From Botryllus schlosseri (taxonomy: Eukaryota), in assembly GCA_051294905.1 (NCBI GenBank), contig CM119371.1:30940001-31004000 (forward strand): a stretch of 64,000 bases of DNA. The letters are read 5' to 3'. Below, one piece after another: positions 25,749-40,700 of this stretch (positions are counted from its first letter, which is position 1; every line of letters begins with the position of its first letter). Under the pieces are notes generated by a model that made no database searches, had not been told where the DNA came from, and saw only the letters and a list, made by a program, of their open reading frames with translations. A program made the translations under genes and the position numbers.

Positions 25749-28700
25749 CCTCACCGCATGTTAGTCATACAAAATTTTCAATTGTTTATATGACGTATTA
25801 ATAAAACGATGTCCTCTGTTGTATTCACGGCGTGTTTGGACACTGCAGTGCCAATGCGACTGCCACCAGGCCGATTTTCGTTATTTTAATTCCGTAAACC
25901 AGGGGTTCTCAACCTTTTGGTCTTCGCGGACCCCTTTTGCACCGCCGCGGACTCCATAAGTTCTAGTACAAATTTAGCTCAATTATCGTGCAACCATCAT
26001 CTGTCTTATGTAACTATTAACTGTAAGATTGTGAAAACAGCAATATAGTGACTTCTATTGAAAACAACATCATTCTACTTATGTAGAAGTTGGGAAGACT
26101 TTCATTATTTCAAAGCGAATTCTGGAGCTGCGGTCGTATCCTGAAAATCCCCGTCATCGATTTGATACAAACGACTGCCGAAAATTTATTTTCACAAAGA
26201 TGTTGGCGAAATTGATAATAACGCGTGACGCTTCCATCGACACCTTTCAATTTGATCAAAACATATATGGCACCAGACTTGAGAAACAATTTTTTTTGAA
26301 TATATTACTTCCAGTCCCGTCATTTCTATTTTTATATCATCTCATCTTGAAGTTATTCGGAAATAGCGGTTAAGTATATCACAGGAGGAAATGGAATTTC
26401 ACAAACAAATTTTTCCAAAACCCCAACAAAACATCTGTAAACAGAAATATGTTCAGGCTATTGGCAATTTGACAATTGAAAGGAGTTTGCACCGTCGAAT
26501 GAAATAACATCTCATGTGCCCATTCAGTTTATGAGAGTCCCAAAGTTTAGCAGTTAAGAAGCGAAACTGCCTCGCGATTTCTCTTTATTAATGAAATACA
26601 AATTAGGTTACCAACCACTGCCGTACACACTGCTTTCGCGAATCAGATGACGAGCAAGGAGCCTAGCCTCCAACACTTAGGTAGGGATTCTGGAGTCACC
26701 GACGACCAGTCCAGAACCCGCAACCCATTGGTATTGCAGCTGTGTAATATTCAACTACGTGATTTCGCCACAAATCAAAATACGTAACAGGGCACTATAT
26801 GGTGCTCCGGAAACTAGCAAACATTCGTTTCATTGATTAGATTTCTGTCTCTCATTCCAATGTTGTCTTTATGTTACCGTGTCATTCAGTTATCTTCTGT
26901 TTTACTGTTGTTGTTGTTGTCGTTTGTAGTAGTAGGCCTATTCATGGTGTTTGTCTACCACTGTGGTCATGGTCATTAACACCTGACCTGGTTTGGGAAG
27001 CGAGTGGCGCAGTTGGTTAAACACTGCAGTCACGACACCAACGGTTGGTGGTTCGAGTCACGGCTCTGCCATGTTTCTATGTGTCGGAGGTTTATCTGGG
27101 CTCCTCATCGCTGATCCCGCTGTAATACAGCACATTGAAAAGCCTAGACGAAGAGAGAGCCGAACTCTAGAAAGGAGGCAGCAAATGAGCCGAAAAAAGA
27201 CTCAAGTTCAAGACATGCCATTATGAAATGTATGAAATTCACTGTGTGGGCGCAAATAACCACGATGTTGCAAGCGCCAATTATATGAGTTAATAAAAAC
27301 AACAACAACAACCAGACCTGGTTTCTTTGTTTTTGTTACGCAGCCGCCGACGTGTAGCACATCCCACTTCTAGGCTTTCATAAGACGCCGCTTACACGGA
27401 TTATATGGCGAGGAGGAGCTTAGATAATCCCTCAACACTTAGGTGGGTGTTCTGGAATGGATATCGGCCGGACTCGAACCCGCAACCAGCAGCTGTGGAT
27501 CATACGACTACGCTCTCTCGCCAAACTGTTTTACTGTCGGTGTGTTGTACGTTGCTCAACGCTACATGAGTCACTTTTACATTAACAAAGCAATAATCAG
27601 TTACGAAAATGCGTATGTCAGTAAGCGGAGTTATCAAGATAATTGTAATGTAACAGAATAATATAATTAATATTGAAGTAAACCCGAATATGTTCGGCTG
27701 ACACTCGTCAGCGGTAATCGTCAACAACTTTCTTCCGCTTAAATTCAATGTACAGTGAAGTCAACTATCATTAACGTCCGCCAACCAAGGAGTTCGTGTG
27801 TAATCTGAAAAAATGGTACATTGAACTTGAGCCGTCTGTGGACCTAATCATTTGAATTTTAGTGTCGGTGACGTCATATTTGGTGATACGATTGTTGATA
27901 TACAATGGTTTTTTTTCAACTGTCTACAAATTTCTTACGGTTGCCTTTAACGAGTGTCAGCCAAAAATATTCAGGTTTATTTCAATGTGAATATAGAACA
28001 GAATAGCGATAATCCACTAAACAAAACAAATAGTACTCATCAAACCTTCTAGGTCAGCACAAAATTCATTCAATGTATTGCTGCAAAACTCAGTGTTGGC
28101 GAGTTTAACAAAATCAATAGCCTGAAAATATGATCCAGTAATGTAATTTTCGGTGGTCTCGACAGGGCGTCTGTCGAATGGGGAAAGGCCTCAAATTTAT
28201 GCGACGGTATATCAATGTAGTGATAGTTCAGGCACTGCAGTGCTTGGCTGGGGTTGTCCTTTTAGCTTGCAAGCCGTGACTCATTGGGATGCAGCTAATC
28301 AATCACATAGCTCTTTATTTGGCAAATCAAAAGGGGAACTTACTATAGCATGTTTTTAAATCGCTCCTTTAGATTTAGCGCAATACTTGATAAAAGTTGC
28401 AGTATAAATAGAAAAAGTTGCAGAAACTTGAAACATAAAATTCCTTGAAAAAGCTTACAACATCATACTACACTTATTCTGAGTATTTAGGAAGCTCCCG
28501 GAAGCTGTAAAAAGATTCAAAAGTTGAAAAAACTTGCCCTAATAATAACCATATGAAGTTCTGTACTATTAAAAGTCATTACATGTGGCAAATATGGAAT
28601 GGGCTTGACCCTTATGCTCCAATATAAAAAAATCGAGTTCGTAAATTTCGCTTACTGAGGTATCGAAACCATTCTAGATCGGGAATACTTGAAGTACTTG

Positions 28701-31700
28701 TAGTAAACATATTCTTCGATGTTTGAGCAAAATTCCGTGATCGAGTCATCGCAACGGCATTCTTCGTCCATGAAGTCCCCACATTCTGGTATTCCGTCGC
28801 ATGCAGTGGCGACTGAACATATAGATAATCCCCAGTCGTATATGAGATGAATAATTATCGCCGATGATCATATTAGTAAATCGACAAAGTACGGCAGCGA
28901 ACGCTGAATCAATATTTTAAAGTTGAATATATTCGGACAAAATACGATAAGTAAACAGCCATAGAAGTGTTATAATAGTATCAATGACTCGTATATTGTC
29001 CACAAGAAATTGCTACTTCTATATCGCAAAAAAAAATAATTAGCAACTACGCTTGATCACACTAAAAAATAACAAATTTTATTCATATATAATATATATA
29101 CTAATGTTTTAAAGAATTAAACAAGGATGATAATTAGCTTGTAAATTGCAATACTAACGTTTGTTTATGTGGTATGGGTGGACGGTGGTCACAAACACCG
29201 ATTAAAATTATTGATGTCGAGACAAATAAGACTTACATTTTCCTTCAGGATACGAACATTCATAGCCAGGTCTTGCATCCACGGATTTCTCGCCGGATGC
29301 TAGTAGAAATTAGAGGATTTCAATGTCAGTTTGATACTGAATAGGCTACATATCAGTAAGATGTCCTGGACAAATAGAATATAAATAGGTATTAGGATTA
29401 TTTGCGTAACGATATAGGGCAGTGGATCTCGACCGGGGCTCTGGAAAGCATTTTCAGGTGTCCACGATACCTCTGAATTTGTCATCTAAATCATTTCTAA
29501 CCTAATTAGTTGAGATGGTGAGAACCTGTGAAAGGTTCAGGTTTGTGTCAACGTGAATCTTTTCGAGAGGTTATGTGTGAACGCGAACGTGAACCTCATG
29601 ACGTCACGTGACGTCATATTGCTAATTCCAACCCTACATTTCAGTGAAGTGATAGCCGATATCAATATACACGATACCGAGCGACGACTCCTGCCACATA
29701 ATGCCACAATGCTGAAGTACATATTGACGTTTTGAACGTCGTCAAATGTATCAACTCTGGCAATCAAAGGATAACATAATTTCATGAAATCAATATCTTC
29801 CATCGCTTCGCCAACAATTTCGACGAGGATTTGCAAGGGAATATGAGCTTACGCCTTAACGGTCTAGTCAAGAGCGGACGATGTATTCGGCGTCTGAGTA
29901 TTGCTCACGTTGATATTGAGCAGAGTGTAAACGGGTTTTTATACTTGCTACCAACAGCCAGCAACCAACACCCCAATCAGTGATTAAATCAGGATTGAAT
30001 TCGTACACACCTGCTAGCTTTTTACATCAGACAACGATATCAACTTCATTGATTGGTTGAATATGCACTATTCGCTGACTACCTACATGTAATGTTCCCT
30101 CTAATTTTTGACGGGTCTGCCCACACTCACCAACTCACTGCGCAGACACTTGGAAAACAGTGCGTAACGACTAAAAAAAGGTCATCACTTCGGATTTTTT
30201 GTGCGCAACTTAGATTTTCTGTGCGCAGAGACCATGTCAGCACTGCGCATTTGCGCACGTGCGCAGCTTAAAGGGAACATTGCCTACATGTAGTGTATTT
30301 CGCTCTTGATGTTGGGTGATTGCGGGTCAAGCTCACAGCAGAGAGTCACTACATATTCGAGCAAACTTTTTTAACAAACCAAATAAAATTTTTGAGATTG
30401 TCAAGGTGCATGCTCGTTTAGTGATGATTTTCTATGCTGTCAGCGCCATGCATTGGCCTGCAGTTGAAATCAATAAATTGCAACCAAAGATGTTGTAATG
30501 AAGTGAAAATTGTAATATATGAAAAAGGTTTACAGTGCTGAGCCTACCAAGGTTCGTTTATGAACGTGAACCTCACGTTCACACGATCCCCACTAATTAG
30601 TGACTAACTAAATTAACGTAGATCCTATGAAGCAGTTACGAAAGAAATGTGGAGGCTCACATCAATAGAAGGGCCGTTTCGGACAATATATCTTAATGGA
30701 AACTCATTTAGTTGCCAGTAACTTATGAAGGGTTCCCTTCCCGCATAGGTTAGATCAGAGAGTTGTTATTATAATTGGTGTCAGTTGAGTTGTATTTGTT
30801 TGAATCTTGTCTAGAAGTAAATTGAAAACAAATAGTGAATTGTGACCCAATAGAGTAGGAATTATAAATCGCATCAATAGAAGCCGAAGAAATGGAAAAT
30901 AACACAATAGCACAGTTGCCTACAGTTTTTGTAATTTTATATCTTCAATCGCACTCCTGTTGCTGTACTGTGCATTGTTCCAATGGTTCAGTTCCTACTG
31001 ATTCCATTTATAAATCGGACAATTTCGAGTCACAATTCATCATTTGGTTTTGAATTTACCTTTCATTCTTGTCCCTAACCGTATCGGGCGCTTTTGATAG
31101 GGGGCACGCGTAAATAAACCCTATGACAAACGTATATACTATTTAAAGACATATTTAAATCCATTAAAACCCCGACGTCGGTGAAGGCATTCAATATGTC
31201 TTATGTTTAACGAATAAGCGACACCACGAAAACATGATGGTATCAAATACTATGGCAAAAACTTACCCTTCGATTGGCAATGAGTTTCATCTTCTTTGTT
31301 CTGGCAATCGAATCTAAATGTATGAAATGTGAAGTGCACTATTTAGTGTTTATCATTCATTACATAAACTTTTGTTGGGCACATCTCATTAATTAGGTAT
31401 CTGCTATAGCGGGTTTGCAGCGTCAGTTTTCCAACGCCATATTAAGGCGGTTGTGAATGATTATTCTCACGAATTTTAAAACAGCAACGTATTAAATATT
31501 CCGAATATCAATACCGTGCTATGGAGCCGTACTGCTGTCTGCGCGGGCAGTCACGCAATTCAACAGGCGGCTGATATGGATAGTCAAACGAAATATGTAT
31601 AAAATAATATCCGGCTCATTATTGGAATATGTTGACCATGACACATCCGAATGATTTCATGAAATTGTGGACATCGCGGTTTGATGGTCTATTAAAACCG

Positions 31701-34700
31701 TCATTTGCAAACGTCGTGCTCCGTTCTACGCAAAGAAGGCGTCGTTGTGTACCACATTTCGCAGTGACGCACCCAGAGCAGATACGGAATATGTAGTGAT
31801 GATACCATGACCGTCTTTACAGAGTGATGGGTGTAATGCCGCGTCATAGTTGGAGACGGTTCGATGTGCCATAGTGGGAGATTTCTGTAGTACGGTCACA
31901 TGAATTGTCCGAAGCTTATGACCATGCGGTGTTTTTTAAGGTGTTTTGTTATGCACCTCCGTAACTTCGGCGTTATCGTATTTCCAAAGGAAAGTCTCAC
32001 ACTTCAGATAGAGAACTGCTAATCTAGAAGTTCATGCAAGGACATTTTTTATGTCAATATCTAGCAGCTTATGCCGTTATATATATTGGTATTCAACTGC
32101 AAATCCCCTTAGTCCATCTATGTCAAATGGATGCCATTCGGATTTTGCATTTGCTTACTCCCGCAAACATTTCTCATACTGTTAGTAATTCAAATTCCAT
32201 AATTTCGATGACAATGCCATTGATTCATGAAAAATCTCGCGAAATGATTCCTACTGTAACAAATAGATTCCCACATAAACGCATAAAAGTATAACATAGA
32301 ATATACGGACCATGACCGACCATACTGTCGTACTATCACCCTGATTAGACAAAAGTCCGGGGTATACATACCTCATGTCACAAACTTTTGTTGCACTGAG
32401 TAATATTGTACTTTCACTTTCCAGTGACACGCATTCCAGAAAAGGTAAACTGGTAGTATTATTCTGATTTGAAACTAAATTGAGGCAATACCACGTATGT
32501 TACGGTTCTCATTCGATAAAGCAACGGATTTTACCATGAGATATCTTTTCGCATATTTTCGGTCGAACTGCGGACTCGCAGAGACATTCGTCAGTGAGGT
32601 CAGGGCAGTCGAATATCCGGTCACACAGCTTAGAAACAGGTAAAATTAAAACCGGGTAGCTCAAACACTGAAAACATCTTCCGTCCGAATGATCTGGTTG
32701 AAAACCAGTAAATGCGAAATCTGATGGGAAATTCCAATGAAACGTTTACTCACATGTATCGTTTCCGGGACAAATGCACTCGTCAAAATCTGTATTTATA
32801 GATGTTAAGTATTATTGGGAGTTATATACGGTAGCAGTAGTCTATCAGTAAGCCAGTTTAGATGCAGGCACTATCGAAATGGTATCAAACCCAAAATTGG
32901 AAGCGGACGAATTCCTCGGGCTTAGTATAGACACATCTGTTCACAGCATTAGAAATGGTCGTGCTTAATTCCCAAATTCAGAAAGTCGCATTCGGCCATA
33001 TCGCAGTGTCTGCATGAGACTGCACCATCACCGAAACACACATTGAGATTAATTGGCGCAAAGTGAATAAACCAGTTACGATTGTAGAATTTGACTGCAA
33101 ATACTGATATATTTTGGACAGCAAGCACAAAGTATTAAAACTAAGATATAGAAAACTCCATGATTGCCCTTAATCGAGAGCTTGTCGAGCAGCTGATGCG
33201 GTATTATATTTTCAATTTGGAGGATGCCAATTGTATACTCGGCTACGAGCCTCAACTTGACGACTAGCTGCTGTACCCGCGCCTATCAGACGCTGGATAC
33301 GCTGCAACAGGGGTCTGAAACACGTGTCACGCGTGCTTTTTGCAGGCCAGGAGTGAATATGGCAATAGTAAACCACATTTTCACGATGTGGGTTGAATAC
33401 CAGTCTGACAGGGCCCGTTAAATAAGGCTTACTTAGAAATACATTGAATAACCCTATTGTTGCTGCTGCTGCCCGCAGTGTCATCTATAATTGGGAAGTT
33501 GACCCGCGAGCACATTTGAGTTTGAGACCCCTGCGCTACAACTATGAATAACATTTTTCACGACGATCGCATCAATAGCACATCCTTTGAGACATGGACT
33601 ATCACAAATCGCTGATACCCCACGTCTTCTACACAGCACTTGCTGATGCTATTAGGATTGTGACACGGGAAAGGCATAAACTATTATTCACCATTGATCA
33701 CCATTTGCAAAGAGATTAACATAGATGTAGAACTAATATGCTCTTAAGATACTGTCGGGGGCGGCATGTTTGAGGCATATGCATACTTCACGCCATATTG
33801 TTTCATTCACTCGTATAATCGAATTGGTATTCTATTGTGGTAAGCTTGGTTAGCTTGAGGCTAAGAGCTTGTTGTAAAAAACTCTTCTCTCAGTAAAACC
33901 CAGCTAATATTTGCATTAATTCAATGGAAGCAACTTATGCCGAAAGCTACGCTTCATATGTGTAGTATACACCTACCATTATCGCACCAGGACACTCCAT
34001 CACAAATCTTGGAATCTGGTATCATGCACTGCCTCCCGTTGCGATGGCATATTCTGCCTTGGAAATTGGTTTGTACGGGATTTTCGAATTCGTCGCTCCC
34101 GTCTCTGCGTTGGGCAATATAGTTAGCGATTTGTGAATGTTAGAGGTACACAATTTCAGTAATACAATACATGGTCTTACAGACGCAAGGTGAAGAGTGG
34201 ACGATATTTCGTTTCTTTAATCCTTTTTACTCACAAATGCAACGAAAATATCGTCTTTTCGAACCAGAACGCTCTTTAGATATTGCAATAGAACTAACTG
34301 CCCTCTCTTGTTTTACAAGATTGCCAAGGGCGCGATCGAACCAATGTAATTATCTTGGGCAATATTCGTTGCTGACATTAGGCACGAAATTATTTTTAGA
34401 CTTCATGGGTACTGGAATCCAACCATTTGATGAATCATAAGTCTCTCATATGAAAGAGTTTGGTCGATCGAAAAAATCTGTCATCCGTGTTGATATTTAC
34501 CGGTAGCAACCACGTAACATATTATCTAGATCGGCCTACCAACCTACTGCATACAAAACAACATGCGAGGCACTTCGAACGCGTATCTCCAAGATCGTGA
34601 AAATGCAACGTACTTTGCTATCTTTTGAATTTTCTTTATAGGGGAGATCTCTTTCAAAATGGTTGATATAGATACTTACAAGGCGATACAGTATAATTGT

Positions 34701-37700
34701 GTTTTTCTCTTATGCATTGCACAATCGCCAAGTATAGTATATATTATTACTCACCCGCAATGTTCATATCCATCACAAAAAGCATCTTCACCGATACACA
34801 TTTCCCCGTCAGCACAGGCAAATTCATTCGCTCTACACGATGAGCCTGGAATTCCACGGATATGTTTATGCGTCTGGTCGTTATTTGACCAACTTATCCT
34901 AATTTTATATTCTATGATGTTTGACATGCTATATAATATAGTTTATAGATTTCATTGAATACAGAGAAATAGTCACCGTCGCACAGTGCATCCTTGTCCG
35001 GAGCGTATCTTGGCGGTAGTACACATACTAAGTAGTTATTATCACTCCAGTAGTGCGGGCGTCGGCACATATTCAATTCTTCGCCCGTGGTTTCAAGCGG
35101 GGGTACTTGTGGCTCGTCTGCACCGTCCCTGAACAAAATGAACATTTATTGATCTGGAAAACTCTTACGTTAATCTGCAAGACCCCGGAGAAATAGGCCT
35201 ACCAGTATTCGATGTGACACAAAAACGAGAAATTTACAAACATTGCACATGTAACTGTATATTAACTGCAAAACTTATAAATTACTAAAGATTAACCCTT
35301 CCCAGAATGAACAGTGCATTGAGATAGTGTTGTAAGAACAAAACCATTCAAATAAGATTTTCGCAAAAATGGAAGGATTATAATTAATACTAGTTGCAAT
35401 TCAATGTGACCTCTGCTGTCTCCTTCCAGAGACAACTTCAGAAGTGATAGGCTTCGCCTTGAAAAGTGCCATCGGCCGAAACGCAACAGCGTGATACCAA
35501 CCACATATATGCAAATGAGCTACTAAATACTAACCTCTCCTGCGTACGCCACTGTTCACTAGGGGTTGTTCAAAAACATCGCCTGACACCTATTACGGTC
35601 AAGACGCACGCGTTGTCACAAATACTATTTATGATTTAAGCGTGTGTTCGGACCTTCATGGAACCCTGGTTAAGAATCACTATAGTTTAAAATACAGGGC
35701 AAGGATTATGTCTAGTATTTTCATTCGTCTACTGATCAAAGGGGTGTGTACAAACAATAGCTAATGTGTCATTGTATGGTTATTTATTCAATAATCAGTG
35801 TGCCACATCGCTCCCAAGAGTACATTCATTGTAGGTTAGTATATATTTGATTGAACTCAAAAAAATAAGTTTTCAAATACCGCAAGGCCAAGTCCGTAAT
35901 ACTGGAAATTATGTGGTGATCGACGTTGTAAAACTCGAATTATGTAACAATTAGACAATCCAAAAGTACCACTTTAGTTTATAATGTCATGGTTTTTGTT
36001 CGCTCACTCTTCCAGCATCCAGAATTTCACGACATTGCAGTGTCGCATTTTGCGTTTTATATGCAATTTACAGCACATGCAGCATTTATGATAGTATCGA
36101 TCGGTATCTTTGCCTTTGCAGCCCTTCATACATTCTGTTTTACACGCGCCTGACTTCATTGTAAAGTAATTGCTGCCAAATTGCACGGTTTAACTCACCT
36201 GTGAGTTGCGATATCGCCTTTTCAAGAAGCAGTTGGTACAGTCGGAAGGGCGACGACGTACCGATTACGAACCTCCAAAACATGGACATTTGACAGAGTC
36301 GTGTACAATATGATTAAATTCTTATGCTTCTTTATTTTGACCATCGCATAGTTACTATACCATAGATAACTTCTCGTGTCGGTATTTCAAATTTACGTTT
36401 TAATACCATAATTTCCCAAATTGGTTTCATTTTTTTTTAATGCGTGGCATTGAGCCGTAAACTCCTGCTAACAGATGTGAAAAAACAATAGTCATAATTT
36501 TTACAACGAATCTTTTATTCACATTTGTTTTTAAGCAATAAATGGGAATAATATGCGCGCATTAGCTAACGTGTCACAGGAAGTAATTGGAGCAATAAGT
36601 GCAAACACCGACATTTCGGCTTTACGCAAAGAGTCACGTTACATAATATTTCTGTCTCATAGACATGGTCGGAAACAATATTGCAAAAGCAATTCCCTGA
36701 TGTGCATACTTCAATCACCACGACATTACGCTTTTAGATGAATACAGTTACCAGCTTATAGCACTTTCCTCAGATTTAAATGAAAATCCTAGCATTTGCA
36801 TTGGGTGTATGGTTGCATTTTAAACAAGAAATATTTTAAACATACATGTTAAAATCATGTTTAAATTGTTTTTTTCTCTTAGCCACGACGTTTCTTTAAT
36901 TGTGACGTGTTAGTGGATTGGCATTGACAATTGGAAATATAGTATAAATATGGATCCTTTGACTAAATAGAATTCCGCTCCCTGTAATAAAAGGAACGAA
37001 ATATCAGGGATGGTGAGAACGTCTGAAAGGTTCAGGTACGTGTGAATGCAAACCTTTTTGAAAGGTTCTGTTTGAACGCGAACGTGAACCTCATGGCGTC
37101 ACGTGAGGTAATAAGGTAATTCCAACCCTACATTTCAGTGAAGTGCTATATAAATGTACAGCGCGATATCTAGCTACGACTCGGGCCACATTATGCTACA
37201 ATGCTGACAGACTATACTGACTTTTTAAACGCTGCCAAATATATCAACTGGAGAAATCAAATGATATAATAATCCCACAAAATAAATATCTTCCGTCGCT
37301 TGCACACAATTTCGACGAAGACTTGCAAGGGAATAGAAGGTTGCGGTCTAACGGTCAAGGCCCGACCATAATATGTATTGCTACATTGATATTGAGCAGA
37401 GTCTAAATAGGGTTTCTGTACTTGCTACCAATATTATCCCATTAACAAGTTATACAGGAATAGCCAACACCCCGATCACACGGATTTGTTTTTTTAATAT
37501 ACAATAAACATATCAACTCAGCATGGTCCCCGTACGCATGCTATATTTTTTACATAAGCCAACGGTGTATTCTTTATATAAATTTCATAAATATGGTGAA
37601 AAATCATCATTGGCTGACTTAACCTACATGTACGTGTTTCGATCGTGATATCTTGTGATTGCGTGTGAAGCTCACAGCAGAGTGTCACTAAATATTTACA

Positions 37701-40700
37701 AACGGAAAATTAGATATTTCGAGCAAGCTTTTGTAACAAAGCAAGTAAATATTTTTAGATTGTCAAGGTTCAAGCTTGTTTAGTGTTGATTTTGTTATGC
37801 TTCCAGCACCATGCATAGAGTAGTCCGCAATTGAAATGCAATTAATTTTAAATGTTATGAGACGTGGAAAATTTGTAATACATGAAGTTCAGTGCAGAAC
37901 CTACCAAGGCTCGTTTGTGTACGTGAACCTCTAAATTTCTGAGGTTCACACACGGAACGAGAACGTGAGCCTCACGTTTACACCATCCCTACAAAATATC
38001 TTCACTCGGACTATATCAATGATATATGGGGTTCACACTATTCAATATCGTATACGTCGACTATATCAAGTGGAAATGGTTCGTAGGCTTTTCAAAAGTA
38101 TTCGCAGAAATATTTTTTTGTTTTTTAAAGTCGCATTTTTCTGAAACACCGTTAAAGACATGTTTCAAACAATATGATTCAAAACACCAGTTGTTTTATA
38201 CGCACCAACTTATGCAACTCTATTTGGGTGGCCGTATTCCCTGCTCCCCATATAGGCCTACCAGCACAGTGTTCAAGGATGGTATAATATTACTGAAGGA
38301 GCGACCATTAAGAATATGTTCGTAATGTAAGTATTTAAGATCAATAGAAGTATTCATTAAACGCCCAAGCGACTGATTTCCATCGCTAATCAATCACTGA
38401 TGGGTGGTACTTACGAACAGTCCTTTACGCCATTGCAAAATTTTTTCACAGGTATACATCTTGACCCACGATCACAGGAAACTTCGTCAATGGTGCATGA
38501 TGAGCCTGAACGATATTAATGACTTTTATAGCTAGTCTTTGTCCGGATTGGCAACCCGCAGCTCTTCCACGCATCTGCTTTGGCTCTTCGTAGCTTAGAA
38601 ACAAACTGTACGTTTATTTTAAGCCACACCATTGTCACGCTAAAGCAACCTCTTTACGTCATTGCATTTACGAATTGATTGTGACGTAATTCCCACAGGC
38701 CGTATGTCAGAAATGCAATATTATCAATCCCTAGCTCACTGATATAGACAGCTCTAGATGCCTCGGAAAGTTTGTCGTTGGAATCCTAGGTTCATCGAGC
38801 ATCATCAGAGTTTACATCGGCGTACTGATATCGCACCTAAGTACGGCTTCGTTGCAGCTTGCATCGCATAGTTATTTTTAAAGCCACGAAGTCACGAATA
38901 TTAAATTGTGGCGTCATGTAGGATTAACATTGACAATTGGAAATCTTAGGTTAATATAGCTGCTTTAACGAAATATTTGTACTATTGCTGTTGAACTGAC
39001 TATTTTGAGGGTTCCAACCATCCCATATCGACATATGTCGGCTACTATATTGGGTGGTAACTATCCGTATGCTCATACATGATTTTTGCAACGTATTTAC
39101 ACAATTATGGCATAATTTTGCCACACAATTTTTTTTTTCAAAAAGGCCTTTGTTTAAAATAGTGTGTTAAAACATAGTGTTTTAAATTGCCGTTTGTTCT
39201 AAATGCAAACCTATTTATATGCCATAGTTTACACTGTTTCCACAATTGAGATTCCGGATCGCTACTGAGAAGTTGTGGATCACGTTCTGTTTAGGTTATG
39301 ATTTCAGATGTACCTTGGCATAAATAGAATGACACTGCACGGGGCGATCATCATTTTGGAGATGAAATAGAATTTGCGGCTCCCGGGTCAATTTCCTTGA
39401 TGATAAATGCGCTGAATTAGCTGTTTCTATGTTTAATGTTTCCGACCTACGCAGTGGCAGCATGAGCTGCCCGCCCATGACTTTCGTTGAAAATGCCGCC
39501 CCCTCTAAGTAGACCGCAACAAATTTCGACATAGTTTCATGTTCAAGCAACCTCTTCAATAAAATAATTACAAATAACATGCCGCGTCTCGGAAGTTCTA
39601 TATTGCTTGAGAAGCAAGCCTCACAATTTCAGCGTTTATAAAGACAAAAACAATGAAGACAAGAAATGATGAACGTATGTATTAGGCAAATAAAAAAAAA
39701 ATTAATAGCCGCCTCAAAACTGAACTTTTCGGGCTTTCGCCGAAGCGAAATCAGCGGCAATATCCTCAAAATCAAGTTTTTAAACGTTGTCTCATGCTAT
39801 AGAAAGAATAGATAGAGGTGATAGCCGATCGTTACTCATGGTAGAACGTAAATAAGACTTAATAAGTTTGAGCTTTGACAGGCTCCTCTTACAGCTCGCA
39901 ATTGAAACACTGATGGTCAGACAAAGCTTCAGACACGAGCACGAGCAGGAATATGGAGTCGAATCAAGTAGGTGCGATTTAACTAACCACTGTAAAACAT
40001 CAAACGTTGTTGCAGTACGATCAAACGTTCTTTCAATGCTCCACACCCGCCTCCTAAATCTGTCAATTCCCGCAGCGAACTCCATTTTAACAATACTGGC
40101 CTTGATCAAAAGCCCTGTTGCCCTTATGCCGGAAATTCAATTTAAAAGTTGGTCAGGGCAAATGAAACCAACCCGAAATAGCCGCCTGAATATCGGCATT
40201 GTTGGGAATAATCACTCGATAAAATTCTAATTATCATAGGTAATTTGCAATTGTGTTGCGGCGCTTCGATTGCTCGGCTTTGACGGCCATTTCGGAGTGG
40301 TTCCACTGCCATGCTCATATTTTAATTTGTGTGTTTCGGAATCAGTGCGACAATAACTTCCGATTGAGACCAGTTTGATTAAATTTTAGCACTTGGGTCG
40401 CCAGCTATGGGACTACCAATTACGCGGCTTTAGCCGGCTGTGCGCATTACACACTTTGCACTGTGCAGCCTCATTTTGCATCCTCCCTGGAGCCTGCCGC
40501 CCCTGGCGCAAAGCCATAACCACCAAGTGGCCGCTACGCCACTGGACCCACATAGTCGAGTGCAAGTGTGATGCTAATACACACAGCATATCATGTCATT
40601 ACAGAGAGACATGTCCCTATATTTCAAAGATCGTGCATAAAAATTGAACAGTGTCATATTCAATACTACCACAGTGGTGATGACGTAATAGCCTACTCGT

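Noticed and set aside
26995..27075. tRNA gene
   Set aside because: A/B boxes are present, but there is no convincing cloverleaf. It continues into a repeated body with an (AAC)n tail, so it is a SINE head.
29350..30810. Extra exon candidates 30810-30661 and 29485-29350
   Set aside because: They have plausible splice sites but cannot be included without a frameshift or stop. Direct splicing 31267->29299 keeps the frame. They could be decayed exons but are unsupported.
32372..32535. Apparent frameshift between exons 32693-32535 and 32463-32372
   Set aside because: Resolved by using the upstream acceptor TTTAG, with the exon starting at 32474, which is in frame.
36004..36186. Cys-rich ORF as a possible receptor exon or defensin-like peptide
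   Set aside because: It has no LDLa motif or signal peptide, and the flanking exons 38415 and 35128 already splice in frame.
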